Positions 27,671-36,190 of a DNA stretch of 64,000 bases are shown here, in pieces (position 1 is the stretch's first letter; each line of letters starts with the position of its first letter). The notes under the pieces are model-generated. The model was given only the letters and a program-made list of their open reading frames with translations, searched no databases and was not told the DNA's origin. The DNA comes from Candidatus Omnitrophota bacterium (GTDB taxonomy: Bacteria; Omnitrophota; Gorgyraeia; 2-01-FULL-45-10): positions 1,200-65,199 of the forward strand of contig CAIMPC010000068.1 of the NCBI GenBank assembly GCA_903843285.1, written 5' to 3'. The position numbers and the translations under genes were made by a program.

Positions 27671-27794
27671 AAAGGTGCTCCTGACACCGGAGGACGCGGT
27701 ATTAGCTAATTGCAAAAGAGCTACGGGCAGTAACAAGAGTAGCGGCAGATGCAGAAGCCTTGGAACCTGCCCGAACAGGACGCGGGGCTCATAG
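27636..27794 (+). CDS. Candidate RiPP precursor peptide of 52 aa (MKKKSYQKPSVKKVLLTPEDAVLANCKRATGSNKSSGRCRSLGTCPNRTRGS)
   Basis: The RBS AGGGAGGT and the ATG lie inside the last 35 nt of the rSAM gene, indicating translational coupling. It has a Lys-rich leader and a core with 3 Cys, 7 Ser/Thr and a C-terminal Ser. The track shows the frame from 27597 only as an alternative-start ORF. Confidence 0.45.
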   Translation: MKKKSYQKPSVKKVLLTPEDAVLANCKRATGSNKSSGRCRSLGTCPNRTRGS

Positions 27795-27836
27795 TAATTA
27801 TTGTGATAGCATATAGTTTGAACGCGGGATATTTTC

Positions 27837-28721
27837 TTGCCCTTGAGTAATATTTGTGTTGGGGCAGATGTTCGGTTTAATATCGGCGGTGCCTCGATTC
27901 TGGTATCTGGGCCCAGCCATATGAAATTCAGGATTGACGAATCCTATAGCGGATTCACCGGTATATCGGAACCTGATATCGTTCTGTCCGTTCATGGTCC
28001 GGAAAAAAATATAGCCAAGTATATATCCGGTAGGTTGGTTTTCGATTCAGGTCTTACGTGGCGCCTGAACCGTGACAACGCCAGCCATATCTTCAGTTTC
28101 TACTCCCGGGATTTCGGAAAACTTCCTCATAAAGTAGCGGTGATAGATGAGGATTTCAAATCAGGCGATATCTTTCTCGGAGAAATAGCGGATAATATCT
28201 GTGAGCCTCTCGAATACCCCCTCGATGAAGTTTTAATGGTAAACCTTCTGGCCGCCGGCAGAGGTATCATGGCTCATGGATGTGGCATGAAGATGGGTGG
28301 AGATGGGCTCCTTTTTGTGGGTGTCTCTGGGAGCGGGAAGAGTACGATGGCGAAAATTGCCATGAAGGCTGCGCAAGCCAAAATCCTTAATGACGACAGA
28401 ACCGTTATACGAAAAATGGGCAGTGAATATTTTATTTACGGAACACCGTGGCATGGAGAGATCGATGAGTGTTGCCCGGACCATGCGCCGTTAAAAAAAC
28501 TCTTCTTTATAAAACATGCCAAAGACAATAAGATCCGGAAGCTTTCACCCGCAGATGCCGTCTCCCGCTTTATAAGCTGTTCCTTCCCGCCATTCTGGAG
28601 CGATAAGGGCATGGAATTTACGCTACAATTTTTGTCTGAACTTGTCAGCGACATTCCGGCCTATGAGCTCGGTTTCCTTCCCGACGAACGCGTCCTGGAA
28701 TTGATCGATAAAGATATATGA
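27837..28721 (+). CDS. HPr kinase/phosphorylase C-terminal-domain-like kinase (HprK-related)
   Basis: P-loop LLFVGVSGSGKSTMAKIA, followed by NDDRT...GTPWHGE, as in the HprK C-terminal domain. The start is uncertain: TTG at 27837 or ATG at about 27921. Confidence 0.55.
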   Translation: MPLSNICVGADVRFNIGGASILVSGPSHMKFRIDESYSGFTGISEPDIVLSVHGPEKNIAKYISGRLVFDSGLTWRLNRDNASHIFSFYSRDFGKLPHKVAVIDEDFKSGDIFLGEIADNICEPLEYPLDEVLMVNLLAAGRGIMAHGCGMKMGGDGLLFVGVSGSGKSTMAKIAMKAAQAKILNDDRTVIRKMGSEYFIYGTPWHGEIDECCPDHAPLKKLFFIKHAKDNKIRKLSPADAVSRFISCSFPPFWSDKGMEFTLQFLSELVSDIPAYELGFLPDERVLELIDKDI

Positions 28722-30250
28722 AGTCCGATAGCTCGACTATCTTAGAGCTCACGGAAGAGATCCTGCGCAAAGGGAGCTCTATCCGCTTTAAGGCCACGGG
28801 CGCAAGTATGTACCCCTTCATCAGGGACGGCGATATCGTATGTGCCGAACCCATCGAACTCCGGAATATCGAATACGCCGACATAGTCCTATTTCGCACA
28901 CCCGCCGGAAAGATGGTAATACACCGCGTTATTAAGCTAAAAAAAGTGAATAAAGCAATAATTTCTATAGTGACTAAGGGAGACTCTTCGCTTGCTCCGG
29001 ATGGGGAGGTGTATCCGGAAGCAATACTCGGAAGGGTTGTGTCAGTCGAGAATCGCACCGGGGTGCTACGATTAGATAAAAAGATTCCGCGCTTTGCCAA
29101 TCTTCTTTATGCATCTCTCCTACCGCTCAGTAAATGGCCGTATCTTTTAATATCTGTGATCCTTAGACGAATAGAAAAGAGAGACGGGATGGTCGTCATT
29201 GCGAGTCCGCCATTGTTTCAGCGGCGGACGAAGCAATCTAAAAATCGAAATTGCGTCATCGGACAATGTGAAGACGACAGCCTTCTCGCAATGACAGCGT
29301 CCAGTGGAGGCGAAGCGCTACAGGACAATCGTCACTACATAAGTTCTTATAAGAGCATCATGATGCTTGAGCAGGCAAAGAAGGTGATCTCCGGATTTGA
29401 CGGCCTTAATATTCCGACGATAATCCTCAAAGGGATTTTTTTTGCAGAGAAGATCTATGGAGACATTGCCGCAAGGCTGATGACGGATATAGATATTCTT
29501 ATAGATAAGAAAGACCTTGCCGGCGCAGATGCAATTTTATGCGCCTTAGGATATAGCCAGCCGCCACAGTATAAAGATTTTCTCAATAATTGCGCACCGT
29601 GTCCGGTTAACAGTATCATGTATTTTGCCAATGACAGAACGAAGCCGGCTGTTCACATACATTGGCATCTAATAAATTCTACGTGGCCGCTCGACGCTCT
29701 GGTCGAGAAATTTGATATGGGCAGGGTCTGGCAGTCTTCAGGCGACACAGAGATCAACGGTATCCCGACGCGCGCGCTTTCGCCCGAGCATCTCGTCATA
29801 TACTCCGCATATCACGGACTGCACCATTCATTCGATAAACCCGCGATGGTCTCCGATATTATAGAGTTAATAAAATTCTACGGTAACCGTATAGATTGGA
29901 ATATTGTCAGGGAAGAGTGCGACAGATCGGGCCTTAAATTTATTGTATATGCAGCCCTTAAGCATGCCATGACGGTTTCGGGATCTGATATTTCAGAGAT
30001 AGAGAAAGTAAGGCCAAAATATTTTGGGGCTATAGATAGAGCGGTACTGAAAAGTGTAAAAGACGGTAGAAGTAGCTATAAAATATCATATTTTGCGTTT
30101 TTATCTGCCCAAAAGGGCGCGTGGGGGAAGTTAGTCTTTTTATTCAGGACGATATTTCCGTCTCGGATCGTTATGTCGCATAATCTGCGTATTCCGGCAT
30201 CTCAAGTGAGAGTGCGTCATTATTTATCGCGTATGGCCTGCAGTCGTTAA
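28718..30250 (+). CDS. Fusion protein: N-terminal S24/S26-like (signal-peptidase-fold) peptidase plus C-terminal uncharacterised nucleotidyltransferase (PF14907-like)
   Basis: N-terminal TGASMYPFIRDGDIV (Ser-Met box), with Lys in HRVIKLKK. The C-terminal ~300 aa (GIFFAEKIYGDIAARLMTDIDILIDKKD...) resemble the nucleotidyltransferase family that co-occurs with HprK-like kinases. Its start overlaps the kinase stop. Confidence 0.45.
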   Translation: MKSDSSTILELTEEILRKGSSIRFKATGASMYPFIRDGDIVCAEPIELRNIEYADIVLFRTPAGKMVIHRVIKLKKVNKAIISIVTKGDSSLAPDGEVYPEAILGRVVSVENRTGVLRLDKKIPRFANLLYASLLPLSKWPYLLISVILRRIEKRDGMVVIASPPLFQRRTKQSKNRNCVIGQCEDDSLLAMTASSGGEALQDNRHYISSYKSIMMLEQAKKVISGFDGLNIPTIILKGIFFAEKIYGDIAARLMTDIDILIDKKDLAGADAILCALGYSQPPQYKDFLNNCAPCPVNSIMYFANDRTKPAVHIHWHLINSTWPLDALVEKFDMGRVWQSSGDTEINGIPTRALSPEHLVIYSAYHGLHHSFDKPAMVSDIIELIKFYGNRIDWNIVREECDRSGLKFIVYAALKHAMTVSGSDISEIEKVRPKYFGAIDRAVLKSVKDGRSSYKISYFAFLSAQKGAWGKLVFLFRTIFPSRIVMSHNLRIPASQVRVRHYLSRMACSR

Positions 30251-30253
30251 CCT

Positions 30254-30934
30254 TCAAGGCTTCTTATTCCTCCAAATCACCGTCCTGCCATTATTGAGCT
30301 CGGTTTCGAATTCAAGCCAGGGGGCCTCATCAAACAAATATCGATATTGAGGACAGTAGTAGACCGTGTGCGCTCTTCTTGGAGATTTTTCCAGGGAGAA
30401 TTTTATATTATCGAGAACCTTTGCCATGGTATTATGACCGAAGGGGTTATAAAAGAAGAATACGGTACCCAGGTCGATGTTATATGTGGCGGCGTCATGC
30501 GCCACGATCTCGACCGGACAATTAAGTGTCTTAGCGTTTTGCAGATTCTGTCCGGCGACAGCCAGTAATCTCTCGTCCAGCTCTACGCCTATCGCTTTCT
30601 TCAGGTTCTCCGATGCCGCCACAAATAAGGCGCGCCCTTTCCCACAGCCAAGATCTATAAAAACATCTTCCGGAGTCATCTTAAGATAGTCGATTATCCG
30701 TCTCATGTCGGCATACGGTGCGGGTACGTGAGATATCATATCTCTGTGGAGGCTGTTGTCACGCCATAATTGACATTCACCAGTCTCGATTCCGAGGCGC
30801 TTATCCTCATAATGATCTTTGTAGATAGTAGAGATGCGCAATATCTGCCAGTAAAATGCCATCCAGATTTGCAGAAATAGGTTTTTGAACTCCCGCAGAA
30901 GTTTATAGACGAGACTATTCTTTAAATCATCCAT
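30254..30934 (-). CDS. Class I SAM-dependent methyltransferase
   Basis: FIDLGCGKGRALFVAAS is the GxGxG SAM-binding motif. It converges on the + strand operon. Confidence 0.7.
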   Translation of the reverse strand: MDDLKNSLVYKLLREFKNLFLQIWMAFYWQILRISTIYKDHYEDKRLGIETGECQLWRDNSLHRDMISHVPAPYADMRRIIDYLKMTPEDVFIDLGCGKGRALFVAASENLKKAIGVELDERLLAVAGQNLQNAKTLNCPVEIVAHDAATYNIDLGTVFFFYNPFGHNTMAKVLDNIKFSLEKSPRRAHTVYYCPQYRYLFDEAPWLEFETELNNGRTVIWRNKKP

Positions 30935-30948
30935 TGTGCACCTTATCT

Positions 30949-31755
30949 TTAATATTGGGCCAGACTTCCTTCTCGCCGGGCTTTATTAATGCTGTACTTA
31001 AACAGGCAGAGGCTTATAGGAAGAAGCACTATGATGAATAGAAGTAGAAATCCTATCTCCTTATACAACTGCACAAGCGTGTATCCTTTATAAACCGAAA
31101 ACTCGATGGCTCTTATCGCGTAGGTGATGGGCAAAAACTGCGCGAGGAGTTGTAGCCAGGATGGAAGGACCGTTATGGGGAAGTAGACTCCGCTTATGAG
31201 GCCTTCGAGGCTCGAGACTATCCATCCGAATGGGTTACCTCGTTTAAAGATCATTATGAAGCACGCTGAAATTATTCCAAGGCATCCGAATGAGAGTATG
31301 GTCAGAATAAATACTACTATCGTCGACAGTATATTGGTATGAGCAAAATTGACTTTAAATAAGAATACGGCAAGTAATATGTATATGGCCATGTCGATCG
31401 TGGCCAGGACGAGGTTCCATAGTGTAAGCGATAAGAGTATCGTCGATATCTTGGTAGGAGTTACTAATACGGCCTCGAGAGTGCCCTGCATTTGTTCGCC
31501 CCGTATGCGATCGGAAAATGAGCCAAGCCCGACGCCGACGTAACCGAAGAACGCCATGCTCACCAAAACATAAGAGAAGTAATTGACTCCGAATTCCTCG
31601 AGATGCGGTGTTATGCGGCTCCCAAACAGCCTGTCGATGAAAAAATAACCAAGGATGCTAACGAATATTCCGAAGAAATTAAAGAGGAAGGCCATGCCGT
31701 AGCTCGACTCCATCAGGAAGTCTTTTTTTAAGAAAGCGATAGGTTTTCTTAGCAT
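30949..31755 (-). CDS. ABC transporter permease (ABC-2 type)
   Basis: About six TM helices, 268 aa. It sits immediately downstream of the ABC ATPase gene with stop and start overlapping. Confidence 0.7.
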   Translation of the reverse strand: MLRKPIAFLKKDFLMESSYGMAFLFNFFGIFVSILGYFFIDRLFGSRITPHLEEFGVNYFSYVLVSMAFFGYVGVGLGSFSDRIRGEQMQGTLEAVLVTPTKISTILLSLTLWNLVLATIDMAIYILLAVFLFKVNFAHTNILSTIVVFILTILSFGCLGIISACFIMIFKRGNPFGWIVSSLEGLISGVYFPITVLPSWLQLLAQFLPITYAIRAIEFSVYKGYTLVQLYKEIGFLLLFIIVLLPISLCLFKYSINKARREGSLAQY

Positions 31756-32549
31756 TATTTCGCCCCTCCGGTAAGGCGGACGAATATTTCGCCAAGTGAG
31801 GCCGTAGGTAAATTAGTTTCCGCCCGTAATTCTTCCAGCGTTCCGTAAGCGAAAAGCTTGCCTTCATGCAGTATCATAAATATGCCGCCGAAGTCGATAG
31901 CCTCGTCCATGTGATGTGTTGTGAATATAACGGTCTTTCCGTGCTTCTTTACGAGAACGTCCTTAATGAAGTTTCTTAGCTCGAGTGATGAGGCGTAGTC
32001 GAGACTCTTTGTCGGCTCGTCGAGTAACAGGATCTCGGGGTCATGGATGAGCGCGCGCATCAGCGCGAACTTTTGCTGCATGCCGGTCGAGTATGAGTCG
32101 AAGCGTTTATCCTGGTAGGTGACGCCGAATAGCTCGAGCAGCTCTTTTATGCGTTCGGCGGCCTGTTTCTTACCGAGTGAGTACATCGCGGCGAAGAAGT
32201 CGAGGTTCTGCCGCCCGCTCAGGCGCCAGTAGAAACTTCGCTCGCCCGATGTCGCGAGGCCGACGGATGCCTTTATCCGCTCATCATTCTCCCCGAGAAT
32301 CTGGCCGTTGACCTTCACAGATCCCTTGTCGGGGAGGATCAGCGTCGAGATGATCTTTAACAGGGTAGTCTTGCCGGCACCGTTTGGTCCGAGTATGCCG
32401 AGCGTAGAACCTTTGGTGAGCGTAAGCGAGAGTCCGTCGAGTGCGCGTGTGGCGCTCGGCCGTCTGAGCCCGGAGCTGAGCAGTCCCGACAGCGAGAATG
32501 CGGGGGAGAAGTCCTTAGTGACGCCATTAACTTCAAGTATCGTCTCCAT
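31755..32549 (-). CDS. ABC transporter ATP-binding protein
   Basis: Walker A is GILGPNGAGKTT, the signature is YSTGMQQK, Walker B is ILLLDEPT and the H-loop is TTHHMDE. Confidence 0.85.
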   Translation of the reverse strand: METILEVNGVTKDFSPAFSLSGLLSSGLRRPSATRALDGLSLTLTKGSTLGILGPNGAGKTTLLKIISTLILPDKGSVKVNGQILGENDERIKASVGLATSGERSFYWRLSGRQNLDFFAAMYSLGKKQAAERIKELLELFGVTYQDKRFDSYSTGMQQKFALMRALIHDPEILLLDEPTKSLDYASSLELRNFIKDVLVKKHGKTVIFTTHHMDEAIDFGGIFMILHEGKLFAYGTLEELRAETNLPTASLGEIFVRLTGGAK

Positions 32550-32786
32550 GTGCTTTCGAGTCTAACAAATAATCCGCGTTCAGTCAACCGCGAACAAGAG
32601 AAAGTATCCTTCATGGCTCCTACCGCTCTCCCGCGGCGTTTACTTTTGTAACTGCCTTCCGCCGCTTGAATCCCTGCGCTTCCCTACCTTACAAATTAAT
32701 CAATTGAACAAAGACAATTCTCTTAACGCCCTTGATAATTCTATAATTGTATGATATCTTCTACATAATAGTATCTATGGAGTAAG

Positions 32787-34715
32787 ATGCCAAAATACGA
32801 ATTGAATGTCCGTGACTACCTGCGTATCCTTCGTAAGCGAAGGCTGGTAGTCATTGTCACGTTTATAGCAGTTCTCATAGGTACGGTTATCTATATATCC
32901 ACTCAGCCCGTCATCTACGACGCCAGCACCACAATCAAAATAGAAGAACGGAAGACCGTATCGGGTTTACTCACCGAGTGGGTACTTTATAGCCCTGCCG
33001 ACGTTATGGAGTCCGAGACGAAGCTCATAAAAGGTTACGAGATCATGAAGCAGACAGCGATCCGTCTGGGAATGATCAACGAACAATCGGATCTTGACAA
33101 TATCAACCGGGCCGTAGGAGAACTGCAGGGTGCTGTAACTACCGAGAGGGTTGGCGGTACCAATATGATCCGTATTATGGTGACTGCCGATACGGCGAAG
33201 AAGGCAATGGAGATTGCTAACGGCGTAACCGAGACCTATATGGTGGAGAACCTGAAAGATAAGGCCAAGCAGGTGAAGCATGCGAGGCTCTTTATAGAGG
33301 AACAATTGACCTCCCTCGAGAACAGGATGAAGACAGCGGAAGATAAAATACGGCTAATAGGCGAAAATTTCGGAGATGTCAGGTTGGCTGAGCCGATAGA
33401 GAAGAAGCTGAACGAACTGCAATTCGATCTGGCGGAGGCAAGCCAGAAATACACCGAGAAACACCCCAGGGTAATACAACTCAGAGAGCAGATAGTCGAT
33501 ATAGAGGCACAGATAAAGGGATTCTCGGGTAAGGAGATCGAATATGCGAGGCTTATCCGCGAGACTGATGTAAATAAAAAATTATATGCGATGCTAAGAG
33601 AAAAGCTCGAAGAGGCCAGAATAACGGAGGCCCAGAAAGTCAGCGATATATCTGTGGTCGATCCGGCCGTTATGCCACTGGCACCTATCTCTACAAATAA
33701 ACATCTGGCTTTGATAGTGGGTATGGTGATGGGAACTGTCTTAGGTGCTTCCTTAGCATTCGTGGTCGAGACCCTGGATACGTCTATAAGCACGATCGAG
33801 GACGTTGAAAGCATGGTCAAGCTGAGAGTGCTCGGCGTAGTCCCGCCGCTTGGCAGGGAGGCCAAATTGAAGCGCGGCTTTTTCAGAGACCTTAAGGAGA
33901 GGATATTTCCTACGGACAATATCCATAGGGATACAGAGGAACCCATATATCTTATAGCGCACTTCGAGCCGAATTCTACTGCCGCGGAAGCATTCCGCAA
34001 TATCCAGACGAATCTAAAGCTCGACCCTACTCAGAAGACGATATTAATAACCAGTTCGGGCCCGAGGGAAGGAAAGTCGAGCATCTCATCGAATCTCGCG
34101 GTGGTTATGGCGCAATCAGGTCTTAGAACGCTTTTAGTATCGGCTGATCTCAGGAGACCAGCACTCGACAAAGTCTTCGGCATAAAACGCGAGCCCGGCA
34201 TGAACGAATATATTACCGGCTCGGCCAGCCTGAAAGAGGTGTTGAATGGTATAGTGGATATAATGGTCGGCGAGATGGACTTTGACGATATTCGTAAGAC
34301 CCCCGGCTTGGATAATATATCGATCATACCTTCCGGCAGACTTTCGTATAATCCGGCTGAGATATTGAAATCGAAGGAAGTTAAGAACCTGATTGAGAAG
34401 GTGAAGAACAGATACGACCTGATAATATTTGACGCACCCCCGGTACTGCCCGTAACCGATGCGAGCCTTCTGGCTCCCACGATGGACTGCGTGGTGCTGA
34501 TATATGAGATCGGACGGACCAGCCGCGAAGCGTTGATACGTACGAAGATACAGCTGGAATCCGTAGGCGCGAAGATAACGGGAGTCGTCCTGAACCACAC
34601 CCAACCCGAAACGGAAGCTGTGATGTCATATCCCTACTACAAATACAGGTACGGATATGCGTCGAAGGAGAGCCCTTTTAATAGAGCGGAAAACAAGACC
34701 AAAACGAGAGTTTAG
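32787..34715 (+). CDS. wzc: Polysaccharide co-polymerase / tyrosine autokinase, Wzc (BY-kinase) family
   Basis: N-terminal Wzz/GumC domain with two TM helices. Walker A is SSGPREGKSS, Walker A' is LLVSADLRRP and Walker B is DLIIFDAPP. The C-terminal Tyr cluster is YPYYKYRYGY. Confidence 0.85.
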   Translation: MPKYELNVRDYLRILRKRRLVVIVTFIAVLIGTVIYISTQPVIYDASTTIKIEERKTVSGLLTEWVLYSPADVMESETKLIKGYEIMKQTAIRLGMINEQSDLDNINRAVGELQGAVTTERVGGTNMIRIMVTADTAKKAMEIANGVTETYMVENLKDKAKQVKHARLFIEEQLTSLENRMKTAEDKIRLIGENFGDVRLAEPIEKKLNELQFDLAEASQKYTEKHPRVIQLREQIVDIEAQIKGFSGKEIEYARLIRETDVNKKLYAMLREKLEEARITEAQKVSDISVVDPAVMPLAPISTNKHLALIVGMVMGTVLGASLAFVVETLDTSISTIEDVESMVKLRVLGVVPPLGREAKLKRGFFRDLKERIFPTDNIHRDTEEPIYLIAHFEPNSTAAEAFRNIQTNLKLDPTQKTILITSSGPREGKSSISSNLAVVMAQSGLRTLLVSADLRRPALDKVFGIKREPGMNEYITGSASLKEVLNGIVDIMVGEMDFDDIRKTPGLDNISIIPSGRLSYNPAEILKSKEVKNLIEKVKNRYDLIIFDAPPVLPVTDASLLAPTMDCVVLIYEIGRTSREALIRTKIQLESVGAKITGVVLNHTQPETEAVMSYPYYKYRYGYASKESPFNRAENKTKTRV

Positions 34716-34770
34716 CGAATGGATAAATGATATGCTGTTGGTGCTTGGTCACGAGTAAGCGGTATGTGTA

Positions 34771-34800
34771 AAGGCGGGGGCTGTCAAAGCCCCTTTATTA
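34771..34800 (+). terminator. Rho-independent terminator after wzc
   Basis: In aaggcGGGGCtgtcaaaGCCCCtttatta a GC stem is followed by a T-run. Confidence 0.5.
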
Positions 34801-34819
34801 GTTTAAGGACTCATATATC

Positions 34820-36190
34820 ATGCTGAATAACAGTAAGGGCCAGGTAGCGTTTACGATCGTAGGTATACTTCTCTTCGTCGCCACGATGCTTCTCCTCACT
34901 ATGATGGGCATCCCGCTCAATATCTCCACGGCGATCCTTATCGGCGGCCTGATATTCGTCATATCGTTCGTAAATACGGATCTCGCTCTCATAATCCTCA
35001 TATTCACGATGCTTCTCTCTCCGGAATTCACCGCGGGCGAGGCTGCGGGTAGATCGATTAAGATCCGTGCTGATGACATATTCATAATAATCATATTTTT
35101 AGGTTGGCTGGCCAAAATGGCTATCAATAAAGAATTAGGTCTTTTAAGAGCCACGAGACTTAATTCTGCGATCATGTCATATATAGTCATATGCGTACTC
35201 GTTAGCGCTATTGCCGTAATAGAAGGCAGGGTAAAACTGCGTTCATCGATCTTTTACCTTCTGAAATATATAGAGTACTTTATCATCTTCTTCATGGTAA
35301 CGAATAATTTAAAGACCGTGGTCCAGGCCAAAAAATATATATTTTACCTTCTATTGACATGCTTTATCGTCAATATTTACGCCCTGGTCAGTGGTTCAAT
35401 AAGCGGAAGAGTCAGCGCGCCGTTTGAGTCGGGAGCGGGAGGCGAGCCGAATACATATGCGGGATATCTTATCATCATGATGTCGCTTACGCTTGGGCTT
35501 ATATTTAATGCATCGCCAGGTAGAAAACGGTTGGCCCTGGTATGTCTTCTAGGTATGTCGGCGGTTGCGCTTCTCCAAACATTATCGCGGAGTGGGTGGT
35601 TGGGTTTCTTTGTCGCGTTGGCGGCATTTATTTACTTCAACAAGAAGCACAGAATCATCATGATAGCGGTGCTGCTGGCTTCAATTGTTATTATTCCACT
35701 CATCGCGCCTAAAGCTGTATACCAACGGGTAAGTGATACGTTCGTGACTTGGAAGACTTATAAGGTCATGGGATCAAGGATAGGTCTGGATGAATCGGCA
35801 TCGACACGAATAGAGTCATGGAAGGTAGGATTTAAGCGCTGGGCGAAACGACCGATATTAGGCTTCGGCATACCGGCCGGAGTCACGATAGATAACCAGT
35901 ATACGCGCGTCTTGAATGAGACGGGATTAGTAGGCTTTACGGCCTTCTGCCTTATCTTATTTGCCATATTCAGATCGGCGTATTCTGTCTATACGTCTAT
36001 GTACGACAATGATTTCGCGCAGGCGATTAGCATAGGGTTTCTGTCGGGCTTTATGGGGTTATTGCTATTCTCGGCCGCCGCCGCAACCTTCATCATCATC
36101 CGCATCATGGAACCTTTTTGGTTCATAGTCGCCATTATAGCGGTGTTGCCGGAGCTGGAGACCGAGGGTGTGGGGGCCGACGTTATATGA
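34820..36190 (+). CDS. O-antigen ligase / Wzy-like polymerase family membrane protein
   Basis: At least 10 TM helices. The Wzy_C-like segment is LLQTLSRSGWLGFFVALAAFIYF. Confidence 0.6.
   Translation: MLNNSKGQVAFTIVGILLFVATMLLLTMMGIPLNISTAILIGGLIFVISFVNTDLALIILIFTMLLSPEFTAGEAAGRSIKIRADDIFIIIIFLGWLAKMAINKELGLLRATRLNSAIMSYIVICVLVSAIAVIEGRVKLRSSIFYLLKYIEYFIIFFMVTNNLKTVVQAKKYIFYLLLTCFIVNIYALVSGSISGRVSAPFESGAGGEPNTYAGYLIIMMSLTLGLIFNASPGRKRLALVCLLGMSAVALLQTLSRSGWLGFFVALAAFIYFNKKHRIIMIAVLLASIVIIPLIAPKAVYQRVSDTFVTWKTYKVMGSRIGLDESASTRIESWKVGFKRWAKRPILGFGIPAGVTIDNQYTRVLNETGLVGFTAFCLILFAIFRSAYSVYTSMYDNDFAQAISIGFLSGFMGLLLFSAAAATFIIIRIMEPFWFIVAIIAVLPELETEGVGADVI

Noticed and set aside
36118-36186. Upstream extension of the flippase ORF overlapping the end of the Wzy-like gene
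   Set aside because: It is an out-of-frame overlap with the preceding gene's C-terminus. The ATG at 36187 overlapping that gene's stop (ATGA) is the more typical coupled start.
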